53,622 nucleotides of DNA. Source: Chiloscyllium plagiosum (Eukaryota). Position numbers and translations under genes: made by a program. The stretch lies in assembly GCF_004010195.1 (NCBI RefSeq), contig NC_057719.1, positions 95,127,190 to 95,180,811 on the forward strand, written 5' to 3'. Position 1 is the first letter of the stretch, and the number at the start of each line of letters is the position of its first letter. The notes beneath the pieces were generated by a model that was given only the letters and a program-made list of their open reading frames with translations, did no database searches and was not told where the DNA came from. Positions 49,907 to 53,622 of this stretch are shown here, one piece after another.

Positions 49907-50579
49907 GAGTCGAAGAGTGTGGTGCAGGAAAAGCACAGCCAGTCAGGCAGCATCCGAGGAGCGGGAGAGTCAATGTTTTGAGCATAAGCTCTTCATCAAG
50001 AATGAGGCTTGTGAGCAAAGGGGCTGAGTGATAAATGGGAGGAGGGTGGGGCTGGGGGGGAAAGGTAGCTGTGAATGCGATAGGTAGATGAAGGTAGGGG
50101 TGATAACAATAGGTTGGAGAGGAGGGTGGAACAGATAGGTGGGAAGGAAGATGGACAGGTAGGGCAGTTCAAGAGGGCGATGCTAAGTTGGAAGGTTGGG
50201 ACTGGGATAATGTGGAGGGAGGGGAGATGAAGAAACTGCTGGAATCTACATTTATTCTGTGTGGTTGGAGGGTCCCAAGGCGGAAGATGAAGTGTTCTTC
50301 CTCCAGGCATCGGGTGGCTAGAGTTTGACAGTGAAAGAGGCTCAGGACTTTCATGACCTTGGTGGAGTGGGAGGGGGAGCTAAAGTGTTCAAGCCACAGG
50401 ACAGTGGGGTTATTTAGTGCATTTGTCCCAGGGATGTTCTCTGAAATATTCCTGATGACAAGCTTAGGGCTCGAACCATTGACTCTCCTGCTCCTCGGAT
50501 GCTGCCTGACTGACTGTGCTTTTCCAGCACCACGTTTTTCGACTCTGATCTCCACCATCTGCAGTCCTCACTTTTTCCC
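49907..50579 (-). mobile_element. Penelope-like 3' end (GIY-YIG C-terminus + pLTR) with an inverted family A pLTR, 12-bp TSD
   Basis: Minus HFSSPSHSTKVMKV...LEEEHFIFRLGTLQPHRINVD; plus-strand pLTR at 50448-50579; TSD TTACTTTGA(C/T)AT at 49895-49906 and 50580-50591. Confidence 0.87.
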
Positions 50580-50713
50580 TTACTTTGATATAACAATGGA
50601 TCATAATCCTAAATGACTTATGGATATTTAGAATTTTTAAATTAAATTAACAACTCCTTGAACTTTGAGGTAGCAAGCAAGCCATAAAGTATTGCTGACA
50701 TTGAAACTTTAGT

Positions 50714-50912
50714 AGGTGACAGTGAAGACTCCAGATGCTGCAGATTTGAGTCAACTTTAGAGTGGTGTTGGAAAAGGACAGCAGGTCAGGTAGTATCCAA
50801 GGAGCAGGAAAATCAACATTTTGGGCAGGAGCCCTTCATCAGGAATGAGGCAGGGAGCCTCTGAGGTGGAGAGATGTCTCCACCCCAGAGTGTCCCAGTC
50901 TCATTCCTGATT
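50714..50912 (-). mobile_element. Penelope-derived unit, family A, with short inverted arm
   Basis: Minus CTGATGAAGGGCTCCTGCCCAAAATGTTGATT; inverted ATCAGGAATGAG...CTCATTCCTGAT. Confidence 0.78.
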
Positions 50913-51474
50913 AAGTGAATGAAACTTACTGGCTGACTGGGGAATCACTGTGGATTACACTGAGCCCAGGGAGGAAACAGAGAATGTTACACTTGAAGAG
51001 CAATAAGGAAATTTCAGAGAGTAACACGTCAAAGAGAGACATTTTAAAGTAAAATGACCTGTTATCTGCTACTACTACAAAGATAATGAGGAACTGATTT
51101 ACTGCATTCAATGGAAAATCACCCCCTGTAGGTCGTGCCCCAGACTGCAGGCATGATATGAGTGAAAAGAAAAGCTGCTTTAGATGACACATGTTTGAGA
51201 TTTACCATTACAAAAACACACAAGAAAGCGGGTTATCATCCAACTGCATTCTTGGTGTCTGTAAGCAAGAGTGCTGGTGTGTTACATAAGGGTGTGAGTT
51301 TCACTTTGTGAAGTGTTTTGTGAAGGGCCACAGCTCACCTTGCAACTGTAGGTTAAAAAGTCTCTCTCTCTCTCTCTCTGAAAACAAATGAAGTCAGCAA
51401 AGACTCTGTTGAAAGAAACTGGTCAAACTCCTTTTAACTAAATATAGAACCAAGAATCTTCAAACAAAATGGTG

Positions 51475-51920
51475 CATAAGACCATAAGACATAGCATTCG
51501 GCCCATCGAATCTGCTCCACCATTCAATCATGGCTGATAAGTTTCTCAACCCCGTTTTCCCGCTTTCTCCCTGTAACCTTTGATCTCCTTGGCAATCAAG
51601 AACTTACCTATGTCTGTTTTAAATGTACGCAATGACCTGGTCTCCACAGCCTTCTGTGGCAATGAATTCTACAGATTCACCTCTCTGGCTAAAGAGGTTT
51701 CTCCTTATCTCCGTTCTAAAAGGTCTTCCCTTTACTCGAAGGCTTGTCTGTCCTGTCAATGGAAACATCTTCCCAATGTTCACTCTGTCCAGGCATTCAG
51801 TATTCTGTAAGTTTCAATTGGATACCCCCTTCATCCTTCTAAACTCCATCCAGTATTGTCCCAGAATCCTCAAACATTCCTCGTATGTTAAGTCTTTCAC
51901 TCCAGGGATCACTCTCATCA
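51475..51920 (-). mobile_element. CR1 LINE 3' end
   Basis: CATAAGACCATAAGAC tail and reverse-complement CR1 3' UTR and ORF2 end. Confidence 0.82.
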
Positions 51921-52641
51921 AATGTCTGAGTCAGTTCTACCAGAACTAACATCCACAACATTTAACAATCTATCCATCATGGACAAGCCAAATACTGATT
52001 TGTGTTTTTTTTATTACTTTCAATTTTTGTATTCGCCTCTCATTTCTAATCTTAATGTATATGTCGTACATTATAGTCCTTTCTTGTATTTTAGTAGCTA
52101 AAAAAGTCATTCCTTCATTAGCTGAAGAAAACCCAGTTAAATTGATCCTTTTAAAATATAAATGCATGTGCACTAAGAATAGGTACCTGTGAGGAAAAGG
52201 TTCTTGTTTAAATTAACCTTGTTCCAACCAACCAAGGGGTAAATACACAAGCAAGCTGGTTTGTCCCTCCTCACCTGGTAGTATAACCTCTTTGAGGTCT
52301 CCCATTTAGAAATGGAATGAGTTAGGATGCTTATTACAATAGGTACCAGCATTCAAAGGAAAACAAAATATTCTACTTGGTTTGTCAGCCAGTCATATCT
52401 CGCAGGTATCTCTCAGCAAGTTGATGTGCTTCAGGAGTTCTCAACTGAGAGTTCATTCAAGGCCATTTGTAATCTTACAGAGTGAAAATCATCCATGCTG
52501 CAGTTGCTGAGACAGCACTGAGTTGAAATTTGAATCCAGCTGAGACACATGTAAGACTGACATTGAATGGATTCACAAGTGTTATTAGCTGACCTTTGTA
52601 AGGGATATTGAATAATCTATTGCATCATGTTGATTTGGAAG

Positions 52642-53622
52642 ACAAAGAACAAAGAACAAAGAAAACTTATAGCCCAGGCCCTCCAAGCCCAAGCCAATCC
52701 AAATGTACTGTCTAAACCTGTCAGTCAATTCCTAAGCATCTGTATCCCTCTGCTCCCCACCTACTCATGCATCTGTCCAGACGCATCTTAAATGAATCTA
52801 CCGTGCCTGCCCCTACCACCTCTGCTGGCAACGCGTTCCAGATGCCCACCACCCTCTGTGTGAAGTACTTGCCGTGTGTATCCCCCTTAAGCTTTCCACC
52901 TCTCACCTTGAAAGCAAGACCTCTCGTTATTGAATCCTTCACCCTGGGAAAAAGCTTGTCTCTATCCACTCTGTCTATACTCTTTGTGATTTTGTAGACC
53001 TCAATCAGGTCCTCCCTCAATCTCCGTTTTTCTAGTGAAAATATACCTAACCTACTCAACCTCTCTTCATAGCTAGCACCTTCCAAACCAGGCAACATCC
53101 TCGTAAATCTTCTCTGCACCCTCTCCAAAGCGTCCACATCCTTTTGGTAATGTGGCAACCAGAACTGCACACAGTATTCTAAATGCGGCTGAACCAATGT
53201 CTTATACAATTTTAACATGACTTGTCAGCTCTAATACATAATATCCCATCCAATGAAGGCAAGCATACCATATGCCTTCTTGACCACTCTCTTCACCTCT
53301 GCAGCAACCTTCAGGGTACAATGGACCTACACTCCCAGATCTCTCTGCCCATCAACTTTTCCCAAGGCTCTTCCGTTCATTGTATAATTCGCTCTAGAAT
53401 TAGTCTTGCCTAAATGCATCATCTCACATTTGTCTGGATTGAAATCCATCTGCCACTTTTCCGCCCAACTCTCCAGTCTATCCATATCCTCCTGTATTCT
53501 CTGACAGTCCCTTATGCTTTCTGCCACTCCACCAATCTTTGTGTCATCTGCAAACTTGCTGATCATACCAACAGTGCCCTCTTCCAGATCATTTATGTAT
53601 ATTACAAACAACAGTGGCCCCA
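52642..53622 (-). mobile_element. Relatively young CR1 LINE 3' portion (RT C-terminus), continues beyond window
   Basis: FVIYINDL...SKFADDTK (53327-53611); open C-terminal ORF 52721-53218 LYKTLVQPHLEYCVQFW...; (TCTTTGT)n tail. Confidence 0.93.

Noticed and set aside
52721..53218. 165-aa open ORF as evidence of an active LINE
   Set aside because: The frame is broken between 53218 and 53327 and the rest of the element lies outside the window.

Overview
Eukaryotic, repeat-dense, gene-poor vertebrate DNA. The repeat complement (HE1-type V-SINEs with (TAATC)n tails, many CR1 LINE subfamilies, Penelope-like elements) points to a cartilaginous fish, probably a shark (inference). I found no complete host gene. 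The only recognisable host coding piece is one intact 181-nt cytosolic sulfotransferase (SULT1-like) exon on the minus strand (15085-15265), with canonical splice sites, inside a ~0.9-kb GC-rich island with no sister exons visible. Most of the window is decayed CR1, L2/Crack-like and Rex1/Babar LINEs, SINEs and probable solo LTRs. The most striking hidden structure is a set of more than 15 short Penelope-derived terminal units, often inverted pairs with 12-17 bp target-site duplications. They fall into at least three sequence families, each carrying a minimal hammerhead-ribozyme core: CTGANGA-A-stem II-GAA-palindromic ACGT/AGCT-cleavage base. Stems I and II stay paired although the families differ in sequence, and many unit boundaries fall at the 5' edge of the ribozyme fold. 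Other notable items are a candidate Pbx/Meis + Sox enhancer (42930-43260), a 46-bp CR1 tail flanked by a 100-bp direct repeat, and a head-to-tail cluster of old tRNA-derived SINE heads. All calls were made by eye without database searches; boundaries of old repeats are approximate.
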